Positions 47,640 to 56,747 are shown, numbered from the stretch's first letter. The stretch: DNA of 64,000 bases from Bacteroidota bacterium (GCA_004322215.1 SCSM01000010.1:5001-69000); one strand, 5' to 3'. Numbers and translations are program-made. Notes: a model not told the origin generated them from the sequence alone.

Positions 47640-48151
47640 TTGTATTAGATGACCCTCTCCTTTTTAATTTTTAAAACCATTTTAAAATCCTTTTAAAACT
47701 ATTTTCTTGAAATATCACTCCCACAACCTTATCTTTGCACCGCATGTTCTTTGCTAAATAATGTCGGGCTGAATCTAGTCAATGCCGGTTGTAATGAAAT
47801 GGATATCCCGTTCCATCGGGATATTAATGTTCGGGGATTTTCCTTACACACTTTATACACTTTATAACTTTACAAACTTTCAACATTTCAATTATAAATC
47901 CACCATTCAAAACTTATCACTCAAAACTCAAAATTGTCTAATCTTGTCGCATCCAATAGGACATCAATAGGACAAAATGAGACAAAAACGGACAAAACAG
48001 GACAAATTGAGACAAATATTCCACATATACAATGTATTAACTCCTTACAAATCAATTTAATTTCTGGAGAGCAATACAAAAATAAAAAAAAGTGAGGCAA
48101 AATAGGACAAAATAGGACAAATATTCCCAATTAGTAATTCGTAATTAGTAA
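47640..48151. repeat. Mosaic intergenic repeat element, copy B
   Basis: Component blocks in order:
- promoter-like block 47671-47753 with TATCTTTG at 47730-47737
- hairpin ATATCCCG-TTCCAT-CGGGATAT at 47803-47824
- degenerate 9-mer tandem (ACACTTTAT)n at 47847-47893
- six GACA(A/T) boxes at 47960, 47971, 47981, 47991, 48001 and 48011
- A8-GTGAGGCAAAA block at 48084-48102
- three more CAAAAT boxes
- AATTAGTAATTCGTAATTAGTAATT abutting the POP stop. Confidence 0.7.
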
Positions 48152-50224
48152 TTATTTCATTCCCAGTTCTCCAAAGAGGAAAATCCATTCACGGGAAATG
48201 TTTTCGATTTGCTGTTCGATTGACTGCCCTGAACCATGCCCGCTGTCGAAATCAATATAAAGGAGCATTGGGTTTGTCTGCCCGGGATTGTTCTGCAATG
48301 CGGCGACAAATTTTTTCGCATGGAGAGGGTCAACGCGTGTGTCGTTCTCTCCTGCTTTGAAGTATGTTGCAGGATAGTTGAATCCCTCACGGATATTTTG
48401 ATAAGGAGAGTATTTCAAAATATTCAGAAAATCTTCTTTCTTGTCAGGGTCGCCGTATTCGGGAATCCAATAGCGTGCAATCAGGAATTTATGATAGCGG
48501 AGCATATCGAGCAGAGGCACACCGCAAATGACGGCTTTGAATAAATCAGGCCTTTGAGTCATTACAGCACCCATAAGCAAGCCGCCGTTGCTTCCGCCGC
48601 GAATTCCAAGCTTTTGTGGCTTTGTATATCCCTCTCTGATTAGGTATTCGGCAGCAGCGATGAAATCATCGAATGTGTGTTGTTTTTTGAATAACATTCC
48701 GTCTTGATGCCATCTTTCGCCGTACTCATCGCCGCCCCGGAGACAGGCAACAGCATAGACTCCTCCACGGTTGATGAAGGAGGCAGTCGTGCCGACATAA
48801 CCGGGAGACATCGAGATATTGAAACCACCATAGCCGGTTAATAATGTTGGATTTTCACCATCGAGTTTGATTCCTTTCTTATATACAATAAACATTGGAA
48901 CACGGGTGCTGTCCTTGGAATAATAGAATACCTGCTTTGCTTCGATATCTTTTGTATCAATCGGTGGTTTGTCCTGGTAAAAGAAGGTCCACTTCAGGGT
49001 TTTTCCGTCGAGCTTATATAAAACACCCGGTGCGGTGAAAGTAGAGAGTGACACAAACACTGTGTTCGATTCTTTATGATAACTCATACCACTTACATTT
49101 CCTGTTTCGGGAAGCTCAAGCTCTTTGATGAATTTTCCATTCGAATCATAGACAGTTAACCGGCTGAGAGCATCTTTCTTGTCCTGAGTGATAATGTAAT
49201 CGGTAGTAATGGTATAGCCCTCAAGCACAGTCTCTTTCTCGGGGAGCAGAACTTTTGCTTTTTCAAATTCGGGTTCTTTCAGGTCTGCAACGAGCAGTTT
49301 GTAATTAGGAGCATTTTGATTTGTATAATAATAAATTTTACCGTTCTTCACGAAGGCATCGGCTCTGAATTTGTCGCTCGAGTAGATGACTTTCGGTTCA
49401 TCCATTGTTCCTGCTTTGCGGATTTTCAGGGTGTTGGAATAGAAATCGCCTTCGCTGAAAAGTGTTACATCCTCATCTTCGGCATCCCAGACAGAAGCGA
49501 AATTCTTCGCATCTTTGGGAGCAACGAGAAAAATATCTTTTGATTGGTCGTCACCGAGCTTGTGCAGGTAAGTCTTAACAGGAACCTGGCTGTCAATCAT
49601 TGCACGTGTGCGGACTGACAGGTAGCAATGTTTTTCGTCTCTCGTCCAACTGAAATCATTCCCGTTTTTAATCACATTACCGATTACTTTTCCATTCTTT
49701 GTATCTATGATTCTGTACTCATTAATCTCATCACCTTTGAATTGAGTACCGACAGCAGCACTGTTTCCGTCTCTGGTCAGGTAAAAACCCGACATGGCGG
49801 TTTTACCAGTATTATCAATGGTCAAAGGGTCGAAAATTAAAATTTCCTTTCCTTTGATTCTTGTATAAAGTTTGTATTGCTGTTCGCCTTTTTTCTTAGC
49901 GTAGAAAAATTCCCTGTCAGCTTTGAAAAATGGGGCGCCGATGTAATCCCTGTCAATGAAAGCACGGATTTCATCATTCAATCCGGGAATTACGGGATAA
50001 TTCTGTTTGATGAAATCTATTGTAAAATCAGTTTGCTCGTGGGACCACTTCTCAACTTCGGGATTTTTCTTATCTTCGAGCCAGCGGTAATTGTCGGTAA
50101 TCTGGAAACCGTGAACCGTATCTTTATGAGGAATTAGCTTTGTCGCCGGAGGATTGAAATATACCTGTGCCTTCATTACTAAATTGAACATCATTAATAC
50201 CAATACAAAAAATAAAAACTTCAT
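48152..50224 (-). CDS. Prolyl oligopeptidase (S9A family), secreted
   Basis: The beta-propeller plus alpha/beta-hydrolase fold carries the catalytic Ser in IRGGSNGGLLMGA, Asp in ENDTRVDP and His in DSGHGSG. I prefer ATG 50224 (MKFLFFVLVLMMFNLVMKAQ, signal peptide) over the track's 50272. Confidence 0.85.
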   Translation of the reverse strand: MKFLFFVLVLMMFNLVMKAQVYFNPPATKLIPHKDTVHGFQITDNYRWLEDKKNPEVEKWSHEQTDFTIDFIKQNYPVIPGLNDEIRAFIDRDYIGAPFFKADREFFYAKKKGEQQYKLYTRIKGKEILIFDPLTIDNTGKTAMSGFYLTRDGNSAAVGTQFKGDEINEYRIIDTKNGKVIGNVIKNGNDFSWTRDEKHCYLSVRTRAMIDSQVPVKTYLHKLGDDQSKDIFLVAPKDAKNFASVWDAEDEDVTLFSEGDFYSNTLKIRKAGTMDEPKVIYSSDKFRADAFVKNGKIYYYTNQNAPNYKLLVADLKEPEFEKAKVLLPEKETVLEGYTITTDYIITQDKKDALSRLTVYDSNGKFIKELELPETGNVSGMSYHKESNTVFVSLSTFTAPGVLYKLDGKTLKWTFFYQDKPPIDTKDIEAKQVFYYSKDSTRVPMFIVYKKGIKLDGENPTLLTGYGGFNISMSPGYVGTTASFINRGGVYAVACLRGGDEYGERWHQDGMLFKKQHTFDDFIAAAEYLIREGYTKPQKLGIRGGSNGGLLMGAVMTQRPDLFKAVICGVPLLDMLRYHKFLIARYWIPEYGDPDKKEDFLNILKYSPYQNIREGFNYPATYFKAGENDTRVDPLHAKKFVAALQNNPGQTNPMLLYIDFDSGHGSGQSIEQQIENISREWIFLFGELGMK

Positions 50225-50274
50225 AGTGAACCTGATTAAAAAACAAAAAATTAATTGCAGATGGAAATTCATGG

Positions 50275-51690
50275 TTATATAATCAGAGAATGTGCGACCT
50301 TCTTAATTAATTCCCAGCCATGCTCAACGTGTCTCGATTCCACATTAGTTGTAGCAATAACAAACCTGATAACGAATTTACCATTCAATTTCGTGTGGGT
50401 GAGAAAAATTTTTCCGCTGTCATTTAAATTTGAAAGGAGCATTTCATTTATTTTATTTAATTCATCTTCATTTAATCCGGCAGGTTTGAACCTGAAACAA
50501 ATCACATTGAAAGGGACAGGAGCGAGAATCTCAAAATCATTCTCGGATTCGATTTTTTGTTTTAATTCCCTGGTAAGCTCCAAATGGTAACGTAATTTTT
50601 CCTGCAAGCCGTTAACACCGAAATTACGGATGACGAACCATAATTTGAGTGCCCGAAAACGTCTGCCAAGCTGGATGCCCCAATCCTTATAGTTGTTCAC
50701 TTGCGATTCTGCAGATTTAAGATATTCCGGGACGATCTCGAACGTTCTAATGAGAGATTCCTTATCGCGAACAAAATATGCAGAGCAATCGAAGTTAGTG
50801 AATAACCATTTATGCGGATTGAAAACAAAAGAATCAGCGTATTCGATACCATAGAGCATCCATTTATATTCAGGCAGAATCAATGCAGAGCCGGCGAAGG
50901 CAGCATCAACGTGGAGCCAGATATTATTCTCTATGCAAATTTCTCCGATTTCTTTTAAGGGGTCAATTGCCGTGCAACCGGTAGTACCGAGTGCATCAAC
51001 AACGCACAATGGCTTGTAGCCATTGATAATATCAATTTCTATTTGCTTTTCAAGTTCAGCAGGAAGCATTGCAAAATTTTCATCAACAGGGATTTTTACA
51101 AGATTTTCTTTTCCTATACCTGCAATTTTTACAGCTTTCTCGATTGATGAGTGTGCTTCTGTTGAACAATACACTCTGAACTGTTCATCACCTGAAAATC
51201 CTTTTGTATTTATATCGAAAGATGAAAATTTTTCGCGAGCAGTTAATATAGAACATAAAGTAGCAGTAGAAGCTGTGTCCTGGATTACTCCTGTAAAATC
51301 TTCAGGTAAGCCAATCATCTTGCGAAGCCAGTCCATAGTCAGTTCTTCAAGTTCTGCCGCTGCCGGTGAGGTCTGCCACATCATACACTGAGCGGCGAGA
51401 GCAGAGGTAAGAAATTCTGCGGCTATAGAAGGGAAACTTGTATTAGCCGGGAAATAAGCGAAGAAATTGGGATGCTGCCAGTGAGTCATTCCGGGAACAA
51501 TTATTTTTTTAAAATCATCGAGTATATTTTCAAATTTCTCTGAATCTTCAGGTGGATTTAAAGGTAATTGATTTTTAATAGCACCGGGCTGGATATTTGG
51601 CTTTACGTTGTACGCTTCGATATTTTTAAAATAATCTGAAATCCAGTCAACAATTTCATAAGCCCATTTCTTAAATTCGTCAGCATCCAT
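50275..51690 (-). CDS. Group II pyridoxal-dependent decarboxylase, aromatic-L-amino-acid (DOPA/tyrosine/tryptophan) decarboxylase-like
   Basis: The ORF is 471 aa. The PLP-lysine motif is SFVFNPHKWLFTNFDCS. The HWQHPNFFAYFP and LHVDAAFAGSA motifs are typical of DDC-type enzymes. Confidence 0.85.
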   Translation of the reverse strand: MDADEFKKWAYEIVDWISDYFKNIEAYNVKPNIQPGAIKNQLPLNPPEDSEKFENILDDFKKIIVPGMTHWQHPNFFAYFPANTSFPSIAAEFLTSALAAQCMMWQTSPAAAELEELTMDWLRKMIGLPEDFTGVIQDTASTATLCSILTAREKFSSFDINTKGFSGDEQFRVYCSTEAHSSIEKAVKIAGIGKENLVKIPVDENFAMLPAELEKQIEIDIINGYKPLCVVDALGTTGCTAIDPLKEIGEICIENNIWLHVDAAFAGSALILPEYKWMLYGIEYADSFVFNPHKWLFTNFDCSAYFVRDKESLIRTFEIVPEYLKSAESQVNNYKDWGIQLGRRFRALKLWFVIRNFGVNGLQEKLRYHLELTRELKQKIESENDFEILAPVPFNVICFRFKPAGLNEDELNKINEMLLSNLNDSGKIFLTHTKLNGKFVIRFVIATTNVESRHVEHGWELIKKVAHSLII

Positions 51691-51940
51691 TATTTTAATG
51701 CGAATAATTTTGAAAATTTTAAAAACAACAATATAATTATTTTCTATTAAACACTGTTAGTCAATTTTTGAATAAAATTAGAATTAATATCAAAGAAATC
51801 AATAATAAATTTTAAATAAATTCGCCATCTTATATATTCCCGAAGAATTAATGGAGGTATAATATGCGGAGAGATACAATAGTAGAGAATGAAAGAAAAC
51901 AAGACTTATAATATTAAAAATAATGTAAATGATATTATAT

Positions 51941-53038
51941 ATGAAATTCTCATTTTTTGCAATTTATATTGTGATAATATTCATTATTTGTAGTTGTAAT
52001 GAATCAATTGATGTTACACAAACTGGTTGCCCTTTGCCGAGGTATTTTACTGACCCTCCAGGTATTCATGAACCGATTTCAGTACATATTGAACAAAAAT
52101 TATCATCCGATGGTGTAAAATTAGCTTTTCTGCTTGATGAAGAAGTAATCTTAGAAATTTTAAATCTTAAAACCGGAAAAATTCAGAAAATAGATTTTTA
52201 TAAAAAACTTCCATCAAATGTTAGATTTATTGCCTACAGTGATTATGATTGGTGCCCATATAATGGTAATAGATTACTAATAAGTGCAGTTACCCTGACT
52301 GATACAGCAGGTGACGGTAAAAAATACGTTTGGGGTATTAATTTATATGTAATTTCATTAGATGGTACCGAATTAAAAAAAATAACACCAAAAGAATGTC
52401 CTAAAGAAGGCGCCCAAGGAATAGCATCATTAGTTTGGTTACACGAATCAACAAATGAAAGAGATTTAATATCGGGTTCTTTTTATACAATATATTCCAA
52501 TCATCCTTTAGATTATATTTATGAAGGAATTTATATTCCACAAACAAATGAGTTTATATCTCCGAGTCCATATAAATTACTAAGAAGACAAGCTAAAGAC
52601 GGTAGTTATTATAGTCATGAATATTATCAAACTTCACCAAGTTATAAATATAATATTCTAATAAATGGTCAAATTATTAATTTTGCCGAAAATAATGACA
52701 GCGTTACTGTAGGATATGTCAGTTGGTCGCCTGATTCAAAGAAATTAGCCCTTTCAGTCGGAATTAGTGAAAATGATTCAGTTCCATTGGATAATCATAG
52801 ATTTAGTGAAATATGGATAATTGATGTAGAAAAATATATGATAGAAAAACCATTGTTTATTCCGGTGCAAATAATAAATCTGAGAAAAATATTTTGTATG
52901 TATGGTGGTATGTGGGCTGAATTTATAACCGATTCAACATTAGCTGTATCAATGGGTGGTCCCAATGCCGATTTCCTTTATATTTATGAAATTACAACAG
53001 ACGGTAAAATGGTCAGGCAATTAACTTTTGAGCCGTGA
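51941..53038 (+). CDS. Hypothetical lipoprotein, beta-propeller-like (TolB/WD40-like)
   Basis: The lipobox-like N-terminus is MKFSFFAIYIVIIFIICSCNES. WSPDSKKLAL-type blades are present. The track starts 4 codons earlier at 51929. Confidence 0.45.
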   Translation: MKFSFFAIYIVIIFIICSCNESIDVTQTGCPLPRYFTDPPGIHEPISVHIEQKLSSDGVKLAFLLDEEVILEILNLKTGKIQKIDFYKKLPSNVRFIAYSDYDWCPYNGNRLLISAVTLTDTAGDGKKYVWGINLYVISLDGTELKKITPKECPKEGAQGIASLVWLHESTNERDLISGSFYTIYSNHPLDYIYEGIYIPQTNEFISPSPYKLLRRQAKDGSYYSHEYYQTSPSYKYNILINGQIINFAENNDSVTVGYVSWSPDSKKLALSVGISENDSVPLDNHRFSEIWIIDVEKYMIEKPLFIPVQIINLRKIFCMYGGMWAEFITDSTLAVSMGGPNADFLYIYEITTDGKMVRQLTFEP

Positions 53039-53105
53039 TAATTATTTATTAATTGAAAATTTTTTTTCCAAATGAGCGTTATCAGAAAATTGTTTGTATC
53101 TATTA

Positions 53106-54086
53106 TTACAATTTTTCTGCTACTCTCAGTTTAGCGCTTCTTGCACGGGGATTTGTGAGCAATTCTTCTTTTGAAGGGACAATAGGTTTTTTTGTTAAGA
53201 TTTTCAAAAGTGGCATTGTGTTTGCTATTTTATAATCTGTTCGTTCTTTCGAATAATCTTTAAAGAAGGTTTTAACTATTCGGTCTTCGAGTGAGTGGTA
53301 GGAAATAACAGCGAGCCGACCACCGGGAGAGAGGATGTTCAGGGTATTTTCCAGTGTCCTTTCAAGTATCTCAAGTTCATTATTGATCGCTATCCTTAAA
53401 GCTTGGAAGACACGGGAAAGAGATTTATATCGAAGTTTGTACGGGACGGATTGCTCGACAACTTCCCGAAGACCGAAAGTTGTGCTAATGGGGTGGGCAG
53501 TGCGGCGTCTTTCAATAATACGCCGTGCTATATTACGTGAAAAAGGTTCTTCGCCATAAATGCGAAGAACCTTTTCCAGTTCTTCCTCTGCTGCTGCATG
53601 CAAAAATTCTGCTGCCGATTTTCCATGCGAACCGAATCTCATGTCGAGACTGGAGTCTGAACGATAACTGAAACCGCGGCAACTTTGGTCGAGCTGCCGC
53701 GATGATACACCGAGGTCGAGAAGGAAACCTTGGACTTTTCCTCTCGTTCCTATTATGCTGCACGCCTTGTCGTAAGGCACGTTGTGAATGACAAGCAAAC
53801 TGTCTCTGCCATTAGAGAGCTCCCCCCAGAACTTTTTCCGGCAATGTTCGACAGCTTCCTCGTCAATATCAAAAGAATGAACTCTTCCTCTTTTGCTTAA
53901 TCTTTTGAGTATTTCTTCTGTATGTCCCCCACCGCCCAGCGTGCCGTCAATGTAGATGCCGTCCGGGTCGGTTACTAACAAATCAATACTCTCATTTAAA
54001 AGAACGGGGAGGTGGAAATCGTAATCAACTGCAAAAGCCCTGTTAATTTTAACTCTGCGGCTTTTTTTCTTTTTCTTTTTTTTCAT
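53106..54086 (-). CDS. rsmH: 16S rRNA (cytosine1402-N4)-methyltransferase RsmH
   Basis: Motifs present are HLPVLLNESI, DGTLGGGGHTE, LDLGVSSRQLD and ISYHSLEDRIVK. It has an unusual MKKKKKKKSRR N-terminal extension. Its start overlaps the mraZ stop (ATGA). Confidence 0.9.
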   Translation of the reverse strand: MKKKKKKKSRRVKINRAFAVDYDFHLPVLLNESIDLLVTDPDGIYIDGTLGGGGHTEEILKRLSKRGRVHSFDIDEEAVEHCRKKFWGELSNGRDSLLVIHNVPYDKACSIIGTRGKVQGFLLDLGVSSRQLDQSCRGFSYRSDSSLDMRFGSHGKSAAEFLHAAAEEELEKVLRIYGEEPFSRNIARRIIERRRTAHPISTTFGLREVVEQSVPYKLRYKSLSRVFQALRIAINNELEILERTLENTLNILSPGGRLAVISYHSLEDRIVKTFFKDYSKERTDYKIANTMPLLKILTKKPIVPSKEELLTNPRARSAKLRVAEKL

Positions 54087-54532
54087 TGCCTCCCGGACAT
54101 TACTTTGGCAGCAATTGCCTCGAACGATTCGCCACTTCCTTCAATATATTTATCAAACACTTCGGGATTCCATATTTCGATATGGTCACCGACGCCAATG
54201 ATTACAACCTTGTTATCAATCTCAGCATATTCCATTAGCTTTTTGGGGAGTATGATTCTTTGCTGTCCGTCGAGGTCGACTTCTTCGCTCCACATCAAAA
54301 GCTTTCGGAGGAAATACCTGCTTTCGGGTTCATACTGGTCAAGTTCTTCGAATCTTGCTTCTTTTAATTTCCAAATATCTGAAGGGTAAACTTCGATACA
54401 TTTATCCAAGCCACGTATGACAGTGAAGTTGTCATTAGCGTCGGGAGAGACAATCTTCCTCATCTTTGCCGGAAGATTGACCCTGCCTTTGCTGTCAACC
54501 GAATGTATTTCTTTTCCCTTAAAAAAAGCCAT
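54083..54532 (-). CDS. mraZ: Transcriptional regulator MraZ
   Basis: The ORF is 149 aa. It has the duplicated SpoVT/AbrB-like halves with DSKGRVNLPAKMRK and DGQQRIILPKKL. Confidence 0.9.
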   Translation of the reverse strand: MAFFKGKEIHSVDSKGRVNLPAKMRKIVSPDANDNFTVIRGLDKCIEVYPSDIWKLKEARFEELDQYEPESRYFLRKLLMWSEEVDLDGQQRIILPKKLMEYAEIDNKVVIIGVGDHIEIWNPEVFDKYIEGSGESFEAIAAKVMSGRQ

Positions 54533-54586
54533 TTTTTAGATTAAATTTGTACCTTACTTACTTTAAAAATGAAAAGATTAAACAAC

Positions 54587-54616
54587 TTTTCCCACTTTCT
54601 CCCACTTTTACACACG
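54587..54616 (-). promoter_or_regulatory. Putative MraZ operator: three 10-bp-phased GTG(G/T)G(A/T) boxes
   Basis: The minus strand reads GTGTGT-AAAA-GTGGGA-GAAA-GTGGGA. In plus-strand terms these are CCCAC at 54591-54595 and 54601-54605, plus ACACAC at 54610-54615. It lies 55-85 nt upstream of the mraZ ATG and just downstream of a TTGACT-N17-TTTATT sigma70-like pair (54647-54619). Confidence 0.5.
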
Positions 54617-54905
54617 CAAATAAAGTAAATTTTTTGATATAAGTCAACAGTTTTTTTTCAACATTGTAATTTTAAAGGTTTGTATTCTTGTAAATGTAAT
54701 AATAACAATTAATTATAGGGCTTAAAGATAAATTGTTAAAATGAAATAGCAGTACTTATTTGAATTTAGTAATTGTAAAGAAAGAATTCTGGAAATGTAT
54801 TATGGCTTACCAAATAGTCAATGCTTTTATTATTAAAAGAAAAATATTAATTTGAGAACTGTTTAATCAACACTTACATAAGCGTTATAAATTAAAGGTG
54901 AAGGT

Positions 54906-56171
54906 TTGAAAAGAATAATAATTTTAATCATATTAATAGATTTTGCCACTTTTAACTTATTATATTCAAAATGGACGAATGCACGCGACCCAGGGATTTT
55001 TGAGGATTTATATGCAATGAAGTTCATTAATAAAGATACAGGATTTGCTGCCGGATGGTCGAGATATGGAACAATAATGATAACGACAAATGGCGGTGAT
55101 GACTGGACCAAAAGAGACTCATTATCTTACCAGATTTTCTCAATCAATACTTTGGATGGAGTAATAATTTATGCTGCGGGTTACTCATTGCTTAATAATT
55201 GCGGTTTACTTTTGCTCAGCACAGACCGGGGAAAAAATTGGATGCCTGATTTATTTGATGGTAAAGACAGACCTTTTTCTTATGGATTTTACACAATCGA
55301 ATTACTAAACAGTCAAACATTTCTTATGTCCGGGTATTTAGGAATAATAGTTAAAACCACAAACGGTGGTATAAAATGGGATACAGTACATACAGGTGTA
55401 AATAACGAAGTTTTCAAAATAATGGATTTTGCTGATGAAAATATTGGCTATGCTGCATCAGGTGCAGAATATGATTATGAAAAGATAGATAAAATATATA
55501 AAACAACAGACGGAGGCAACAACTGGTTTGAAATCAGAGAAAGGGATTCATTACTCAAAATAGGCACAATAAAATTTGTAAATGCAGACGTAGGATATTT
55601 ATTCGGGAAGTATGATACAAGAGCTGTGGTGCTCAAAACGGTAGACGGTGGACAAAACTGGACAACAAATTATAATGGAAGATTCGATTACATGCTCAAT
55701 GCAGCAGATATAGTAAACGAAAATTTTATTTTAACTGCAGGGGAGAAAAATTATGTCATTAAAACAACTGACGGAGGACAAAACTGGGCAGAGGAAAATA
55801 CCGGTGGGGTAGGCGAAGGTTATTTATCTGTTGATTGTGTTGATGAATATTACGGATATATCGCTGCGACAAAAGGTTTAATTATGAAATACGATTTGTT
55901 TCTTGATGCGAAGGAGCCAAACAGGTTATCAGATATAAAACTTTACCCTAATCCTGTGGGAGATTTTGCATATCTGAAATTTGATGAATTAAATAATGTT
56001 AATTACATTTTAAAAATATTTAACAATGCGGGGAACGAATTAATAACACAATCAGGAATCGCAGATAGACAAATTGATTTAAACCTAAAAAATTTGAATA
56101 CAGGAATGTACTTTTATTCATTATTAATGAATAATAATAGAACATTGACAGGTAAGTTTATCAAGTTTTAA
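54906..56171 (+). CDS. BNR/Asp-box repeat (Ycf48/sortilin-like beta-propeller) protein with T9SS C-terminal domain
   Basis: It has six (S/T)xDGGxxW Asp-boxes: TTNGGDDWT, STDRGKNWM, TTNGGIKWD, TTDGGNNWF, TVDGGQNWT and TTDGGQNWA. The Por-type tail is at 55935-56168 (LYPNPVGDFAYLKF...GMYFYSLL...GKFIKF). TTG start. Confidence 0.65.
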   Translation: MKRIIILIILIDFATFNLLYSKWTNARDPGIFEDLYAMKFINKDTGFAAGWSRYGTIMITTNGGDDWTKRDSLSYQIFSINTLDGVIIYAAGYSLLNNCGLLLLSTDRGKNWMPDLFDGKDRPFSYGFYTIELLNSQTFLMSGYLGIIVKTTNGGIKWDTVHTGVNNEVFKIMDFADENIGYAASGAEYDYEKIDKIYKTTDGGNNWFEIRERDSLLKIGTIKFVNADVGYLFGKYDTRAVVLKTVDGGQNWTTNYNGRFDYMLNAADIVNENFILTAGEKNYVIKTTDGGQNWAEENTGGVGEGYLSVDCVDEYYGYIAATKGLIMKYDLFLDAKEPNRLSDIKLYPNPVGDFAYLKFDELNNVNYILKIFNNAGNELITQSGIADRQIDLNLKNLNTGMYFYSLLMNNNRTLTGKFIKF

Positions 56172-56183
56172 CCGGGCGTTTAT

Positions 56184-56747
56184 ATGTCATTAGGACCAAA
56201 ACAAATGGAAGAAGCAATCTACAGGAATCTTCCGAAAAATACAGGAAAAACTCTGGAGGAGTGGATTAAAGCACTTGTAAAATCCAAAGTAAAAGGAATT
56301 AAAGAACAGATTGTATGGCTCAAAACACAAGGGCTGGGTTCGGTTCAGGCAACATTTATAGCCAGAAGCCATAATAAAGTTGAAAATATTTATGAGGATG
56401 GAGATAAACTTGTTGATGATTTGTTTTCGGGAGATAATAAAAAATTCAGAAAAGACTATAATACATTATTAAGCAAAATAAAAAGATTCGGGAATGATGT
56501 TAGTGTAAGACCATGCAAAACATATATTCCATTATACAGGAACAAACAATTTATTACAATCAAACCTGTTAAGCAAGCCCTGGCAATAGGTTTGGCGATG
56601 AAAATTCCACTTACAAATAATCGAATTACATCACCAACAAATAATATCGGTTCGGGAAGAATTAACAAAATGGTTTTAATAAAACAATCAAGTGAAATTG
56701 ATGAAGAATTAATAGCCATTATCAAAAAAGCTTATGATGAGAATTAA
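56184..56747 (+). CDS. DUF4287/DUF5655-like protein
   Basis: The N-terminal NLPKNTGKTLEEWIKAL....QIVWLKTQGLGSVQATFIA pattern is typical of DUF4287. The C-terminal half is DUF5655-like. Confidence 0.55.
   Translation: MSLGPKQMEEAIYRNLPKNTGKTLEEWIKALVKSKVKGIKEQIVWLKTQGLGSVQATFIARSHNKVENIYEDGDKLVDDLFSGDNKKFRKDYNTLLSKIKRFGNDVSVRPCKTYIPLYRNKQFITIKPVKQALAIGLAMKIPLTNNRITSPTNNIGSGRINKMVLIKQSSEIDEELIAIIKKAYDEN

Noticed and set aside
47956-48125. Resemblance of GGACAAAATAG units to Tn7-type TnsB binding sites (…GACAAAATAG…), and a possible CRISPR-like array
   Set aside because: The units are 10 bp, not ~22 bp. There are no terminal TGT/ACA ends and no tnsABC-like genes. The two copies face outward into core genes. 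There are no unique spacers between repeats, so it is not CRISPR.
47782-48130. Track ORFs 47782-47970 (+) and 47921-48130 (-) inside mosaic copy B
   Set aside because: The peptides (e.g. FVLFCPILPHFF, FVSICPVLSVFVSFCP) are simply translations of the phased TTTGTC repeats. The homologous copy A has stop codons in the corresponding frames, so conservation is at the DNA level, not the protein level.
4525-48151. Idea that the inverted mosaic copies A and B are the ends of a 43-kb composite transposon or invertible segment
   Set aside because: The interval is full of core housekeeping genes (tatC, tsaB, htrA, dprA, pruA). It contains no transposase, integrase or invertase. I saw no flanking target duplications. 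Dispersed copies of a repeat family is the simpler explanation.
50225-50272. Longer start for the prolyl oligopeptidase (MNFHLQLIFCFLIRFT...)
   Set aside because: The internal ATG at 50224 yields a canonical signal peptide (MKFLFFVLVLMMFNLVMKAQ). The extra 16 residues look non-native. This remains unproven.
53990-54086. Poly-A tracts (A8GA5GA7) encoding the MKKKKKKKSRR start of RsmH as a phase-variation or frameshift switch
   Set aside because: There is no alternative in-frame start before the conserved HLPVLL motif, so the ATG at 54086 (overlapping the mraZ stop as ATGA) seems genuine. A housekeeping methyltransferase is an unlikely phase-variable target. I note it only as an oddity.
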